From Lama glama (taxonomy: Eukaryota), in contig CM052818.1 in assembly GCA_028534125.1 (NCBI GenBank), forward strand, positions 43,898,001-43,962,000: DNA of 64,000 nt, given 5' to 3'. A program made the translations under genes and the position numbers. A model generated the notes under the pieces. The model saw only the letters and a program-made list of their open reading frames with translations, ran no database searches and had not been told where the DNA came from. This document shows, one piece after another, positions 47,860 to 60,519 of this stretch; the stretch's first letter is position 1, and every line of letters starts with the position of its first letter.

Positions 47860-48262
47860 AGCCAGTTCTGGGTAAACTGAGGTATGCTCAGTAGCCTAAA
47901 GCAGCAGCCGTTTGTTCTCATGGCTCTGTGGGTCAGGCGAGGATCTGATTTCTGCTGGACATCCACTCACTTCTAAGAGTCACCTGGGATCAGCTCACTG
48001 CAGCTGGACTGACCACATTTCTCCTGTCCTCACCCTGGGACAGGAGGGCTAGCCCGAGCGAGTTTTGCTCAAGGCAATACAGAGTCAGAGTCGGGCAAGA
48101 CCAATTGCTCCTCAAGCCGTAAGTCACATCAATTAGCATCTCACTGGCCAAAGTAAGCCACACGGCCAACTCCAGAGTCAAGGGATGGAGAGAGAGTTGG
48201 CTATTGAAAGAAGGGAGAAAAAAGTTACTTTGTCTGAGTAGTAACCTAATCTCCAACCTAAG
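47860..48262 (-). mobile_element. MLT1I/J-like LTR
   Basis: ttctcatggctctgtgggtca...catctcactggccaaagtaagccacacggccaa. Confidence 0.55.
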
Positions 48263-49357
48263 GACTCTCCGGGGAGCCTCAATTAAGAGTTGTCACTTTT
48301 CATTTTGTGGCTATGTCTTATGCACCATCTTTTTGTGATATACTTCACCATATGTGTGATGATATATTTCTCACTCAATCATCACAGTTATATGAGGTGG
48401 ATCTATTGTGATTTCTAACTTAAAAAAAAAGGAAAACTGAGACTTCAGGGACTTAACCTTTGGCTAGTGGACGACAGAGGTGAAGTTCCTCTCTTCACTT
48501 TTTTTTTGCTAAAATGCTCTACCTAAATATTTGACACAGAGAAATTATTTTCCTGGTGGTTGTTAGAGGTCCTGCTAGCAGCTTAGAACACATAATCATT
48601 CTCATCTGAGCAGATTATAATTATTGATATAATTTTGAACTGCTGTCATTTCATTCTGCTAAGAAAAAAATCACAGCATGAATCTGAAATATTAGGAAGA
48701 CTTTGGGTGCTCAAGAAAATAAAATGTCTGGGAAAAAGGTACCATATGTGCAGGATTCAAGTGGCATCTGTGTGTGCTCATTATAAGCCCATCACCCTAT
48801 ATCTGTTCAATTTGTTCACCAGGTAACTCAGACACCTGATGGGGTTCCACCTGATGGAGTGCTGCAGGCACTCTGTTTGCTTCCAGCTTACGCCTAACAA
48901 AGTGGCTTATTATTTTATTTTGTATTATTCAAGGAGACAGTCTGTCTCTTCTCACCCAACTGAATAAATACCTTCCCAAGATGTATTTCCTTTCCCTTGA
49001 GAGTGGTGTGTTTATTATAATCCACATCAAGTCTCCCCATGCTGTGCCTCTGAGATCCATGGTGTTAGCTAAGTTGGGCGCTTAGAGGAATGAGTGGGCT
49101 CAGGGAGGGGAACTTGGACAGGAACGATGGTGAAGTAGACGGCTGATGGACAGAAGGGGCCCTGAAGGAAAGGGAGCAATTCAGGACAACCTAGAATCGA
49201 CATATTATAAACTACAGATTTTTGCACCTGCTGGAATCTTAGAGTTGCTCCAAACTCTTCCTTTTTATGGTTGAGAAAAGGAAAAGCGATGCGAATTAGC
49301 ACTGAGTCCAAGTAAGCTAACAGCAAAGGCACAATGTAACTGCGACTCTTCGCCCTA

Positions 49358-49797
49358 TGTCATGGTTAATTTCGTGTGACAACTCGATTAGGTTTTGATG
49401 CCGGTTGTTTGATCAGACAATAGACTAGACGTTGCTGGGAAGGTATCTAGAAGACGTGATTAACATCTACAATCAGCTGACTTTAAGTAAAGAAGATGAC
49501 CCTTTATAATGTGGATGGACTTCATCTAATCAGTCCCAGATCTTAGGAGCAAACACTGAGGGTTCCTGGAGAAGAAAAAATTCTGCCTCAAGACTGCAGC
49601 TCAGAAATCCTGCCTGAGTTTCCAGCCTGCTGGCTTGTGCTACATGCTTCCTATTTGCCAACCCCATAATTGCATGGATCAATTCCTTCAAATAAATATC
49701 TATCTACATATCTGATATCTATCTGTATACACACACACACACACAGACACACACACAACCTATTGCTTCTTTTTCTCTTGAGAATCCTGACTGATAC
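49358..49797 (+). mobile_element. MLT2D-like ERVL LTR containing a (CA)n tract
   Basis: tgtcatggttaattt...gattaacatctacaatcagctgactttaagtaaag...ttctgcctcaagactgcagc...gagaatcctgactgataca. Confidence 0.8.
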
Positions 49798-50213
49798 AGA
49801 GTTTGGTATCAAGAGTGGGGTGCTCTCTAACAAATACTTTAAAATGTGGAAGCGACTTTGGAATTGGATAATGGGTAGAGGCTGCAAGACTTTGGCGATG
49901 CATGCTAGAATAAGCCTAGACTGCCTGACAGAGACTGGTAGAAGTTAGGGTGCTAAAGGCGATTCTGGTGAGGACACAGAGAGAACACTGTGTGTGACAG
50001 GCAGAGATGGAGGCGACGCTGATGTAAGCCAGGGAATTCCTGGGGCTATTGGGAAATGGAAAAAGCAAGGAAAGATCCTCCCTGAGAGGATTTGAAAAGA
50101 GCCTGGCCCTCCTTACTTGAACTTGTAGCCTCTCAAACCGTGGAAGAACAAACCTCTGTTGTTCTAAGCCACCTATCTTGTAGGACTTTAAGGAAGCTCC
50201 AGGAAACTAAGGC
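49798..50213 (+). mobile_element. MaLR-type internal fragment plus 3' part of an MLT1 LTR
   Basis: aaatgtggaagcgactttggaattggataatgggtagaggctg (internal), then gttgttctaagccacc...aggaaactaaggca (LTR end). Confidence 0.65.
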
Positions 50214-53200
50214 ACCTGGGATTCCGCTGTGATTCTGGACCAGCGCTGGACTCCAGGGCTACAAAGAGTAAGATATGGTCCTGCCTCTCAAAAGACATGT
50301 ACTGATTCTAGTGTTTGCAAGTCGTGTAGCAGTGGGCTGGTCTAGCATGACAGTGAAATGGGTGACTTTCAATATCAGCCTGCTGCCATCTTGGATACCA
50401 GATATGAGCACCTTTCCCTAATCTTAGAAATGGGCACATTGCCCACAACACATGCCAGGAATTAGAAAGGCCATGTCTGTGTGGACTGAACGGATAGGGA
50501 AGTTTCTTGGAGGGATCAGGGCCTTAATCTGGTCTTGAAAAATACAGAGCGGACAAGAACACATTCCAGGAGAGCAAACTATACAGGCAAAGACATAGAG
50601 GCTGGGATGAACAAGCCACTATTAAGCTCCTACTGTGTACTGGCCGCCGTAGGTTTTTGCCTCACTTGCCCCTCCAACCTCCCAGCAAGGTGGCTATTAT
50701 TTTCCCCATTTCAAACATGAGGATGTTGAGATTCAAAGACTTGCCCAAACTGGCATGGCTGGGAAGAGGTGGTGCTTCTCTGGCCCAGGGTTCATGAAAT
50801 AACCCGCAGCAACATGAGGAGACCAGTCTGCCAGAACCAAAGGTTCACACTGACAGTGATTGAAAAAACGATCTCTTTTCTTTTCATTTGCACCATTTAC
50901 GTCTCTGGTAGGTTAAGTCAGCACGGTAGATTATCTGAAGATAGAGAGACAAAAATAGAATAAAATTCTAGGCTACCTGCAGAACATTCGAGTCGCTTGG
51001 TGACTTTGCATGAAATGCAAGCAGCTATTCGTGGGGCCGGTGGGAGCATCTTAACCACCTGTGTTGAGCCGCTGCCCTGGCAGCTACCTGCTGCGGGGCT
51101 TCTCCCTGTGATGGGATCGTAGGTTCTCCAGCACTGAGCCCAGCTGTGTGTCCCAGCTTGACGCTGCTCTTCTGACATAAATTTGCCCTGTTAATCACCA
51201 TTAGATAATACAGAAAGGGCTTTTTAATCAGCGAGTCACTCAAGACCTCCCTGTGTGAGGGATCCGAAGCCGAGGCCATGAGGGCGACAGCATCTGGCTG
51301 TTGTGATCCCAGTATCTCCACGGCCCTTGGTGCGCGACGACTGCTTCCTCACGTGGGGAAGGAGCGGCATGCCGGCAGCCCGGGAACCATGACGGTGGAG
51401 CTGGTACCTCCTTAGCCTAGTGGGACGCCACGTCCTGCGCTGAAGGCTTCACTTTGGCATCAGGACGCCCCTCTGAAGTTAGTCCTGCGCTCTACGTTTC
51501 AGGGAGAGGAGTCTATTTCTTAGGTCATGGAGCCTGGGGAGTGATTCAGTACGACCTGGTGGAACAGGCATTTACATTCAGGGCTGTCTAAATCCAAAGG
51601 CCATTCTCTCGACCACATTGCTGCCTCGCCCCTTCGGGTATCTGGAAGTGATCGATAAACAAAAGGATGTCACCTTTGACACACATTCACCCATGACTTT
51701 TGGGTGAGTTTTTTCCCCCCATCTTTAGTTTTTATATTCCATCTTTAAAATGCAAATATTAGATTAGGAAACCTCTAAAGCCCCGTCCACTGGTGTCTCT
51801 CTGCGATTCCAGGATACACTGAAGTGTCTGGTTACCCGATTCATTTCAAACTCCCCACTTAACTCCCGTGGGGGAGACCTTCTGTAGAGTGCGGAGCACA
51901 ATCATGTTATGGCTAATCTCTGTTTTGACGAATCTAATCCTCTTTTTTAAATAGATTTGCTCCTTTTTTAACCGTCCTTCCTAAGGATTTGAGAATTTAG
52001 AAATTAGAAACAAAAGAGAACAGAGTAAGGCAGAACAAGTCAAGCGAGGTCAGGGGAACGTCAGTAACCCAGACACGCAAAGACATCATCGCTCTTTGGA
52101 ACATTCCTGATTCCGGCCCAGGGCAGGGCCATAGGACCTAATCAGAAGTGAACCTGGTCCTTTGTGGGGCAGCTCGGTGCCAGGTGTGCCCCAGACCCCT
52201 CTTGTCACCTTCCAGGAGAGTGTCCCACAGTGTCCCCAGATCTTAAAGGAAGGACTCAGTCTGCGGGAGTCTCTGGGTGGGGCACCTCCCTGGCTGTGGG
52301 CTGCTTAGTGATCAGCTTCTCTAAGAGACAGAAACTGGGTGGCTCGGAGGGAGCCACCCAGTTTCATAGACAAGGTTGCATCTCAGACATGAGTGGAGCT
52401 AGGCCATGAGTTTGCTCTGGATGCCACCTCTTGGGCCAACAGTAACCTCAGAGATAGGCCCATCTCCCTGCCCCTGCAGAATGCCTGGCGGGGTTGGGAG
52501 AAACTGGACTAGACCCGGGGTTCAGTGGAGCTTGGGCAGCCCTTTCCCGGGGTTTCAGCACGAGAAGCCACGAGGCAGAGACTGGCGGACGTGGCCTGCC
52601 ATCCGCTGGAGGCGCAGGTGGGAGGCAGGGTAGTGGCCACTGACCTTGAGGTGGTTAATCTGAAATCAGGTTGCTGGGCCACGGGAGGTGATGAAGAATT
52701 GGAGCCAAAAGGCAAAAGGTGAGCGTGAAACCTGGGAAGGAAGCAGAACAGAAGCAGGATGAGGCAGACAGACCAGAGGCGGTCTGGAACAGACGCAGAG
52801 GCGGAATGTGATGTCTTTTCACTGTCACCTGTGGGTTCAAGGGTGTTCTGCTGGGTGTATTTGAGGAGCTGGAGCAGATGGATGGAGGGTGGACAGGCCC
52901 AGGGCAGTGCCTGCTCCCGAACAGCCCGATTGTCTCTCTGGGGCTGCTTCGAAACCAGTTCTCCTTCTGTGTGATCCTAATTCCCTGTCCCTCACCTCTT
53001 CCAAATGGCCTCACTAGGAGTCTTGGCCACGGCCTTAACGTTCAGAATGGACACTGAGACTCCCTGACGGCTCCGGGGTTGAATAAACTGGAAGGAAACA
53101 GCCCTTTGTTTTCAGGATGTGACCTGTCTGTTCACAGATGGAAACGTCATTACCCCTCCCTCTGCGTGGCCATCGGCACATCTGTGAATCATGCTGACCT

Positions 53201-53559
53201 TGCCTTGTAAATGGCAGAATTCGGGGGTTTTGCCTGGAGTTGGGAGTGGCCGGGGGTCACAGCCTCAATCACACTGCCATGGGGTGAAGCCACCCCCCGA
53301 CCATCTGCCCAGCATGTGTGAACTTACCCTCCCTTGCCCAGGTCCGAAACCAGCACCCTCGCCTAGCAGCCGTGTTTCCGTTGCAGGCCCAGGAGGACAG
53401 CAACCCATCTAAAATTGAGCCAGGGTTGGTAGGAGCCCGGTGGAAAGGCCACTAGGTCAGCATGAACTTTCTTACCCTTTTATTCATTCTATTTGCCGTT
53501 GGAACCACTTGGTAAACTGTAAAGCACTAGTAAATATCAATGAACGTGATTTGCTCATT

Positions 53560-54110
53560 CATTTAACAAATATTTGCCGGGCACTGCTGGTCTACCAGAT
53601 GCTGGGCTCAGTGCTGGCAGTACAGACACGAATAAGGCGGTCAGTGTGCTCCAGAGGACAGAGCGTTGTGGGGGTGAGAGAATGCACATCCGTCATCACA
53701 AACAAGGGCCATCCAAGCAAAGCAGGGCTCTAACGGGAGCCCTGTGGCCCGATGCTGCCTGGGGGTCAGGTGAGGACGGAGAGTTTTCATGGGGGAGGGT
53801 GCAGGAAAGGAGACTCTTGAACCAAGTGTTGAAAGAGTGGTCCACGTTGGTCCATGGGCCAGGACACATTCTAGGCAGAAGGAACAGATGTGAGCAAAAG
53901 CCCTGAGGCTTGATAAAAGCTGCTGTGGGAGGAGAAACTTCCCCACCTGTCAGCACATTGCAGAGCAGAGAGAAGGCAAAGGGTTAGCTTGTCTGCTAGT
54001 GAGGAGGGCACAGGCCGTGATGGGTCACAAAAGGAATCTGGACTTTTTAAAATAGGTGATGGAGAGATACTAATTGTTTCCAGCAGGGAGGGGTCTTGTT
54101 TGCTTGTTTG
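53560..54110 (-). mobile_element. L2 fragment
   Basis: cattcatttaacaaatatttg start and cattctaggcagaaggaacag...caaaagccctgagg. Confidence 0.65.
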
Positions 54111-54504
54111 ACTCTTCTCGATTGTTTTGTTACTATTGTTGTCATAGCAGAAAGAACACTCTGGCCACAGCAGGAAGTCCTCATTCTGCACCTGACTGGG
54201 TACCACCCGAGATGTGGTGAGTCAGACCCTAGTGTGTGAAGTTAAGTGATTTCTAATCCGGGCAGGCAAGGAGGGCCCTGGAGCAGCATGGAGCCGGGGT
54301 GAGAGTGAGAGGGGACAGGCGGTGAGCAGTGAGGCCACTTCCCTAAGGCTTCAAGTCCACACGGCCGATAAATGGGCGCAGTGTAGTCTGGAGCATTGTG
54401 GTTGGGCATTTTCATCTGTTACTTGAAACTCAATTCATTTGTCCCCCACCCACTGGATGGCATGCGGAGGTACCGGGGAAGGCAGCTGTGGATCTGCTCT
54501 AAGG

Positions 54505-54640
54505 GGCCTGTGGTCTAATGCGGCATCCTCACCCCACCGCGCATGGAACTCATCCGGAGAGCTCTTCAGAAATGCAGTGACTGAGCCTCAGCCTGGACCA
54601 ATTCAATCAGAACCTCTCCCAGGAAGGATGTATTTTTAAC
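54505..54640. mobile_element. MER5-like hAT-Charlie fragment
   Basis: ggagagctcttcagaaatgcag...ccaattcaatcagaacctct...tgtatttttaac. Confidence 0.45.
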
Positions 54641-54894
54641 TGAAGTGCAAGGTAGGAGATGAGAATGTGCCAAAGGTTACTGGGAAAAGGAGATGACATG
54701 TCCTGAGCATGCGGAGGAAGGGGCCCGGGAGGGGGAGCTGGAGGAGGTGCCATGTGACGGTGTGGAGAGACTCGGCAATCAACACGTTACCTGCAAATGG
54801 AAGCGGGCCCTTTTGTTCCAGAAAGACACCGCAGTGAACGGCAAGGTCGTCTTGCTCTGCCTCCTCTGCTGCAATTGCACCCCGGGCATGGGTC

Positions 54895-55348
54895 TGACCT
54901 CTCTGTTCTAGCTGTTAGCACAGGTAAACTACCACAGACGGGGGGCTGTGTTAATCACAGAAATTCATCATCTCAAGGTTCTGGAGGCTGGAAGTCCAAG
55001 ATCAAGGTGTCAGCAAGATTGGTTCTCTCCCAAGCTATGAGGGAGAATCTGTACCATGCTCCCTCCCAGCTTCTGGTGGTTCACTGGCATCTTTGGCATC
55101 ATTGGCTTGTAGAAGCATCATCCCAACCTCTGCCTTCATCTCCCCCTGGGGTTCTCCGTGGGCACATGTCTGTGTCCAAATTCCCCCTGGTTATAAGGAC
55201 AGAATGCTGCTTATAGTAGATTAGGGCCCACTTTGGTGACCTCGTTTAATTTGATTACCTCTGTACAAAGACCTTCCAAGTAAGATCACATTCTGTGGTT
55301 AGGCCTTCAACATGTGAATTTGAGGTAGATTCATTTTGGCCTGTAACA
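54895..55348 (-). mobile_element. MLT1C/D-like solo LTR
   Basis: gttctggaggctggaagtccaagatcaaggtgtcagca...ccagcttctggtgg...ctgtaaca. Confidence 0.8.
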
Positions 55349-55510
55349 ACTAGGAATAAAAATGTTATTATCATTTTTTAACCCAGTTTTGAATATTAGG
55401 GGGCTAGACTCTGCACATTATCTTATTAATCTTCCTCAAACAGCATGCAACAAATGGCATTGACCTTATTTTAGAAATGAAGAGGCCAAGCTGCAAAGAG
55501 TTTTAATAGC

Positions 55511-55624
55511 TGGCCTGGAAGCAAATGGTCTGAGGTCACCAGCAGGAAGCAAATGCAAATGGCCTGGGGTCACCAGCAGGAAGCAAATGCAAATGGCCTG
55601 GGGTCACCAGCAGGAAGCAAATGG
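55511..55624 (+). repeat. 34-bp minisatellite (~2.7 copies plus degenerate lead-in) inside a MIR
   Basis: Unit ggtcaccagcaggaagcaaatgcaaatggcctgg starting at 55534, 55568 and 55602 (partial). Confidence 0.9.
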
Positions 55625-58600
55625 CGGAGCCTTTCTCCCATTAAGGATGGGGCAACACTGACTGAGCTCGCCAAGCCCTTTCAGGTTTCCGAGACCTGTC
55701 TTTTTCTGTGGGGAAGAGGAAAGGCCTGTTTGGCTTTGCCATTCTCAAGAGAAAGTGCAAGTCTGCAGGACTCCCAGGAAAGGTATGCACGTACTGAATT
55801 AGTAACAGGATCCTGCAGTCCCAGCTGTCTTTATTCAGAGCAGTGGAGCTGGAGGTACAGTGCAGGGCAGGAGAAGGAGGTAAACGGGGGACAGGAGGTT
55901 GTGTCATTCTTTCAGGAAGAAAGCCAAAAAGAAAAGGCACACAGCAAGCCACGTCGGCACACAGGCGATTTTACAGAAATGAGATGAATGTTCAGCTGTG
56001 TCCTGAAATGGTCATGGAGCACCGGGCTGGAGGAATTGCTGCCTTTTGCAGTTTTGCCGGAGTCATGATCTCGACTTCATAAATGATCACCCACTCTGCT
56101 CGGCTCAGTTCAGCTGTGTTCAAGGAACGGGGACTGAGGAGCTGTCGAGGCCGCGCACTCACATACAGAGGCGGCCTCTTCTCTGCAGGAGCCTGGAGTC
56201 CGCCGGTCGCTGCAGACCCACAAAGAGATCGCCTTGGAATGACGTGCAGAAGAGGGCAGAGGAACTGCAGGAAAGCTGAGGGCAAGGTTCCAGAGTCAGC
56301 CTGGGGCAAGGGGAGGAGTCAAGGAAGGCTTCTCGGAGGAGGCAATGGCTGAATCTTCAGAAATGAGTGACAAGCAGCAGGGTCAAGTGAAGAAGGCATC
56401 AGCGCAAGCAAAGGCAGGCAGGCACAGGACAGCTCGCGTGGGGACCAGCGGGAGGGGGCACTTTGATTCAGGCTAAATGTGCCTCTTCTGGGGAGGTGAA
56501 TACTGCCAAGCCTCTCATCAAGGGCTAAGAGAGCAGAGCTTGGTCTCTTCCGTTAGAATCACACGGGATCTGGAATCTAACATGACCCCTCAACATGACA
56601 CTTTTATTTTGGCACAATAGGCTTAGAGTTGCCAAATATATACTCAGCTGAATATGACTCTGAAAAATCAAAGCACTTTCAGGAAAAGATTAATTATTAA
56701 AAGCATGACTATTCAAGCTTAGCACTTAGGAACCAGACACAAATCGGTTCTGAATAGAGCGGTGCGGGGACTCTGGACATAATGACTAGGTTCTTGTACC
56801 ATGACGTCTTGCAAAGTGTTAGCTGACCCCGGTAATAAAAAGAGATGGTCACATGCCCCCCGCTAACTATGAAAATTCTTCCATTACCTTCTCTTGAGAT
56901 CATCCAAAGATTAGCCAAATATTAGGGAACATACCCTGCTGCTACAAAGTTTTATGTACTGTGTCTTCCTGCTGGTAAAGTGATGCTTAGTTTGTAAAAG
57001 TAGCAAGGGGCAGAAATTCAGAAAAAGAATCCGTTGTGAGTATAAATACCCTCCACTGTTTTATGCTAACAGGGATATCAGTTCAAAACCCCACATCTCA
57101 GAGATACATTTTCCCTCGGAACAAAACCTGTTTTCTTTGTAATGTTAATCCTAATGTGGTTTTTAGAAGGAAATGAAATATTGATGACTCTTTTAGAAAA
57201 GTTGTGGATGATAATGTGTCTTAATTCATTATAAAAACTTTTAAAGGAATGAATGATTATTCTTTCAAAAGTTCCTTTCTGACTGTAAACACTTTGACTT
57301 CTATTCAAATGAAGTTTTCACCGTTATATTATCAGTGGAACTTATCTTTATGGCAAGTACTTCAAAACTTGAATCCTGTCTCGTACTGTTTTTAAGGTGG
57401 CACATTCGGGAGTGGGTGGCTTTTATCGTTTGAAAGGACACCAGTGTGTCATTCAAGAGATGCGAGAGCCAGCTTCAGAATTTAAAACAGGAGGAATATC
57501 ATACAGGGATTTGGCTACACTGGTGATGAAAGATTGGAGAAGCCAAATAGAATAAATGACAAATAGAACAAAGCAACCCGGAGACTAGCACAAGAAGGAA
57601 AGCCAGGATGGCCAGGGTGTGACACTGGGCTGATGGAGAGCAGGGCGTGTCAGGAGGACACCTCAGTCTGGAAGGGATGCATGTCTTTCTCATCTGTGAC
57701 CCTTTGGCCAGGTGTAGTATCGATCATGACCAATATGACGATGAAGATGGAAGCATGGAGTCTGTGTGTTGGGTGTGGTTTCGCCAATGAGATCAGATCT
57801 AGCTTCAAGATCTAGAGAGATTCCTCAAGTCAGGAAAACCTGAGCTAAGATCTGAAGAATGAGGCCACTGGAGGAAGAAAGGGCTTTCAGGAGAAGGTTG
57901 TTCAAGGCGCCCAGGTGGACCTGGAGGAAGGTCAGTGCGGTTATCTATATACGCAGTGAGTTTAACCCAAAATAGATATTAATACATGTTTGCTCAATGA
58001 ATGAGCAAAGGAATGAGCCCATCATTTAACTGATAGAAGGAAAAGATTGAGGATTGTCAAAACAAGAAGAGGAATAGAAACTGGAGCCTGAAAGGTGCCT
58101 CTTTAGAAAGAAACGTATCTGCATCTGTTAAAAAAGGAGGAATACGGGGTGTTTCCCAATTAAGAAATCTCGCTCAACCTCAGGCCTGTTGCAGTCAGAG
58201 CGAGGAATGTGTGGGCTTTCTCAGTCTGTCTTTCATAACGTGGAGCTTTCTAAGGGGCTTTTTCTGAATTGTATTTAGGAGATTCCTCTTAGCCTGGCTC
58301 TCTCTGCAGGCACAGGGAAACCATACAGTTTCCATCAGGCAGAACAGAGGAGATTCTGCTTTTCACATAGTCTACAGAACTTAAAAAAATAATTGATTGG
58401 TAGATCTTTATGGCAAATGCGGACAGAGTGTTTGGGAGAAGATGCAGAAATCTATTTCTAGTCTCCTGCACTGACACGATAGAATAGCCCTGTGTGCTAG
58501 TCACTGGTTGATGAACAGATAATTTGTATTTTATAATCTGAACTGTCAGAGTTTCCTTTATGTAATGACAATAGATTATACACGGCTACCTTTGCGGAAC

Positions 58601-60034
58601 CGAAAAACATCACGGCTCAGGGCCAGAAGTAATGCGTGCTGAATAATTTAGCGACAAGGCTCTCTTCATTCTATTTAGAGTGAGTTGGACTTCATCACCA
58701 CGGCCGATGTGAAACACCACCGGGTGGATGGCAAAACCCAAATATATCTCCGGTGTAACCCGATTCGCACTGAAAGGGCTCCAGCAATTCCAAAGATACT
58801 TCAGAGCCTGGAATGTCTTCGGCCCTCAAAATCAACACTTGTCCTCTTTTTCCTCCTGGCTGCTTTTGCTCCAAAAAACTCCATGCCTGATGTGTTGGGC
58901 TATTTGTTTGTATCTTGGAATGAATTTCTCACCTCCTGAAATGCTCTGGATGGAAACTGGGGCACCTCAGTCTCTGGCTGCATGTTAATGCTTTGGGTCT
59001 GAAGAGTTTTCTCTGCGAGAAAGCGATGGCCGGGGAGATTCTTTTACATGCGTGGAAACCAAGGCTCAGCTTCGGGCTTCCCCGAGTGACCTTATCCAAG
59101 TAAGGTGTTGCAGTTCCAGTGGACACTGGGTCCCAATGTTGAAAAAGACGGAAGTTGTCTCTGACCTTATCAAACTTTTATTCCAGGGGAGAAGACTGAC
59201 ATTTGTTAACTATTTAGTTAAAAGATGACTGCGTCACAGCTGTGGTGGTGCCATGGAGATTCACGTGGTGACGCACATGGTGACGGCGAGCAGGGTGCCA
59301 CTCTGTCCTGGAGGTCCTAGGATGCTTCTCGGCGGAAGCAGCAGGTGCAGTTAGAATCACCTGGATCCTGGAGAGAAGGGAAGAATGTTCCAAACAAAGG
59401 GACGAGCCAGGGGAAAGGGCCTGAGGCAGAACTTGTCTGAGCACAAAAAGAAGACCTTCACCTGGTAGCAGAGGTCCTTAAATTCGCTCCAACTGCCAGG
59501 TTCTCTTGCTGTTAGAATGAAGAGATCTTGCAGCATTCGGTCTGGGTGTGGTCTGACAAGACCGACTCCACCTCCAAGAAAAAGACTTTAACCTCAGCCT
59601 AGTCTGTAAGCTGCCGTGGGACACGAGGGGCAGGTGGAAACCACTGGTGGCCAAGTTCTATGAATGAATGGCCAACGGTAGCGGTGATTATTTCCTGGAA
59701 TGGGATGGACGCAATAATGTAATCATTATGATAGTGTCATAAGATTGAACAGGATAGAAACATTAATGTAATAGCGTTACCCAGTGAGTAACAGTAGCTT
59801 GCATTTTGATGGCACCTTCGTCTATGGTTGTCAGCCTCTCAGTGACCATGTGAATGGCTACCATCCTCATTTGACCATTCAGATTACTGAAGTTTAGAAA
59901 ATTAAGTTACTTGCTCACGTGACCCGACTATTAAGAGGCAGAACGTGAGTCCAAACTCTTTGCCTTAACTATTGCATCTCCTCTGCTTGACCAAGAGTCC
60001 ATACCTTGGTCAGTCACGTCATCACCTCGCCAAG

Positions 60035-60260
60035 TCACTCATCTCAGAATCCTGGACCCCCACACTGCAGCTCTGTGACCACGAGTGAATTCCTTAACCT
60101 CTCTGCATGTTCTGTTTGTAAAACGGAGACAGTAATGATACTGACTCACAGGGTCAGTGTGATGATGAGATGAGTTCATAGATGGCACATGCCTGGGGCT
60201 GAGCCTCGCACATCCTAAAAGCTGCACAAGTGTTAGCTCCAGTCTCATTGTTATTATTTC
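60035..60260 (+). mobile_element. MIR
   Basis: ctgtgacc...cttaacctctctg...tgtaaaacggagacagtaat. Confidence 0.6.
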
Positions 60261-60519
60261 TTGTTTCCAGAACAATTTGGTTTAATATTTGTATTCTACA
60301 TTCATAGCATTTGGCCCTTTCATCCGTTTATTCGGAAACTAATAACGAGTAGATATGATCATCACAAAAGGATATTCTTTCTTCTTTTTTAAATAAATGG
60401 AATCTATTAAAATTGAATCAATGGTCCTTGAATTTCAAAGGAGCCATGAGCCTTGGGCGTAAGGGATCACTCCCTTTTCTAACAAACCAGCTACCACGCA
60501 AGTAGTGAATGACTGACGT

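Noticed and set aside
55534..55624. CRISPR-like array
   Set aside because: Head-to-tail repeat with no unique spacers, in mammalian DNA.
59261..59286. 12-bp near-tandem duplication cacgtggtgacg/cacatggtgacg
   Set aside because: Simple local duplication with no further supporting structure.
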